Shown: piece after piece, positions 31,167-32,000 of the stretch
How the letters are laid out: every line of letters begins with the position of its first letter
Position numbering within the stretch: position 1 is the first letter of the stretch
DNA from: Longivirga aurantiaca
GTDB lineage: Bacteria > Actinomycetota > Actinomycetes > S36-B12 > CAIYMF01
Reading direction: 5' to 3'
Assembly (NCBI RefSeq): GCF_042660085.1
Contig: NZ_JBHSTI010000008.1
Coordinates: forward strand, 2,332,543 to 2,364,542
DNA length: 32,000 nucleotides
Position numbers and translations under genes: made by a program
Notes under the pieces: model-generated
Told to the model about the DNA's origin: nothing
The model's input: only the letters and a program-made list of their open reading frames with translations
Database searches by the model: none

Positions 31167-31530
31167 TACATGTCTCCTCATGGGGACGGTTCAGGCCGCA
31201 CCTTGTGCGCGGACCCGGGTTGCTTCCGCCGTTGTGTCAGACCTGCCCAAGGGGACGTGTCTTGCGAGGCACCGATTCCGGCGAGCCGGAGGGTTCCCAG
31301 GACGAACGAAGTGCTGCAACCGCCGGAAGCATACCCAGATCCCCGCGCACGACACCATGCCTGCGCCGCTCGGGGGATGTGTCGTGACCTCACGGTGACC
31401 GGGCGCCCTGAGCACGCTGGGCCCGGATTCGTGCTCAGCACGGCGCCCCGTGGGCCCCACGGGCCGCTCGGGCCCTGCGTTCCGACTAACGGACGCGGCG
31501 GGCACCGGGCCTGGCAGGTAGCGTCGCGGC

Positions 31531-31857
31531 ATGAGCGAGAGCCCCGAGAGCCTTCCCCGCCGCCACCAGATCGAGGTGCCGACCGAGCTCGTCGTGGGCG
31601 TGCCCGCGGACTTCGCCTCGGTGTGGCACACCCCCGAGTCGTTCGTCATCGACTTCCTGTCCGCGCGCGGCCCGGCGCAGATCGTCGACGACCAGGGCGG
31701 CCCGGTCCTGAGCCAGGACCTCGTGGTGAGCGCGCGCGTGCGCATGCCCCCGACCCATGTCATCGAGCTCATGAAGGCGCTCGAGCGCCAGCTCTCCACG
31801 TGGGAGACCCAGACCGGCCAGCGCAGCCCGGTCGAGCCCCCGCACCCCGACCTGTAG
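31531..31857 (+). CDS. DUF3467 family protein
   Basis: MSESPESLPRRHQIEVPTELVVGVPADFASVWHTPESFVIDFLSARGP...VVSARVRMPPTHVIELMKALERQLSTWE. Confidence 0.88.
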   Translation: MSESPESLPRRHQIEVPTELVVGVPADFASVWHTPESFVIDFLSARGPAQIVDDQGGPVLSQDLVVSARVRMPPTHVIELMKALERQLSTWETQTGQRSPVEPPHPDL

Positions 31858-32000
31858 GCGCGCCCAGGATTGAGCGGCACGGCAGCCGCGCTTGAGCGTG
31901 GTGAGAGCCCCGAGGCCGATGATCACTCCACAACTTCATGCGTGCGGCCCCACCCGGCAGCCTCGATCACCCCCCCCCCCCGGTCGAGCCTGCTACCCCC

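Overview
High-GC actinobacterial chromosomal segment (Cellulomonas/Micrococcales-like by gene content; this is an inference). Most of the window is ordinary housekeeping and metabolic genes. No rRNA, tRNA, CRISPR array, transposase or prophage genes could be supported. The most interesting locus is about 2.2-4.2 kb. A xanthorhodopsin/proteorhodopsin-like proton-pump gene and a Brp/Blh-type beta-carotene 15,15'-dioxygenase (retinal synthase) gene lie in opposite orientation inside a conserved minus-strand block, clpS - DUF2017 - [cassette] - mec - cysO - cysM. The blh reading frame is broken by a single in-frame TAA (3453-3455), with the same frame staying open and family-like on both sides. 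A perfect 16-bp hairpin separates the rhodopsin from blh. Other genes include a class V aminotransferase, a GH18-like secreted glycosidase, a GH1 beta-glucosidase + MFS pair, RDD, Lrp/AsnC and IclR proteins, a D-Ala-D-Ala carboxypeptidase (PBP4 family), a HdeD/DUF308 membrane protein, a polar amino-acid ABC transporter operon, a DEAD/DEAH helicase, an MFS exporter with no conventional start codon in its apparently coding 5' extension, DUF3039, YqgE/AlgH, WhiB, an internally shortened AbiEi/DUF559-like protein, pckG, an alpha/beta-hydrolase membrane protein, a truncated surface-protein remnant, a cold-shock protein and DUF3467. Family assignments are from recognised motifs, not from database searches.
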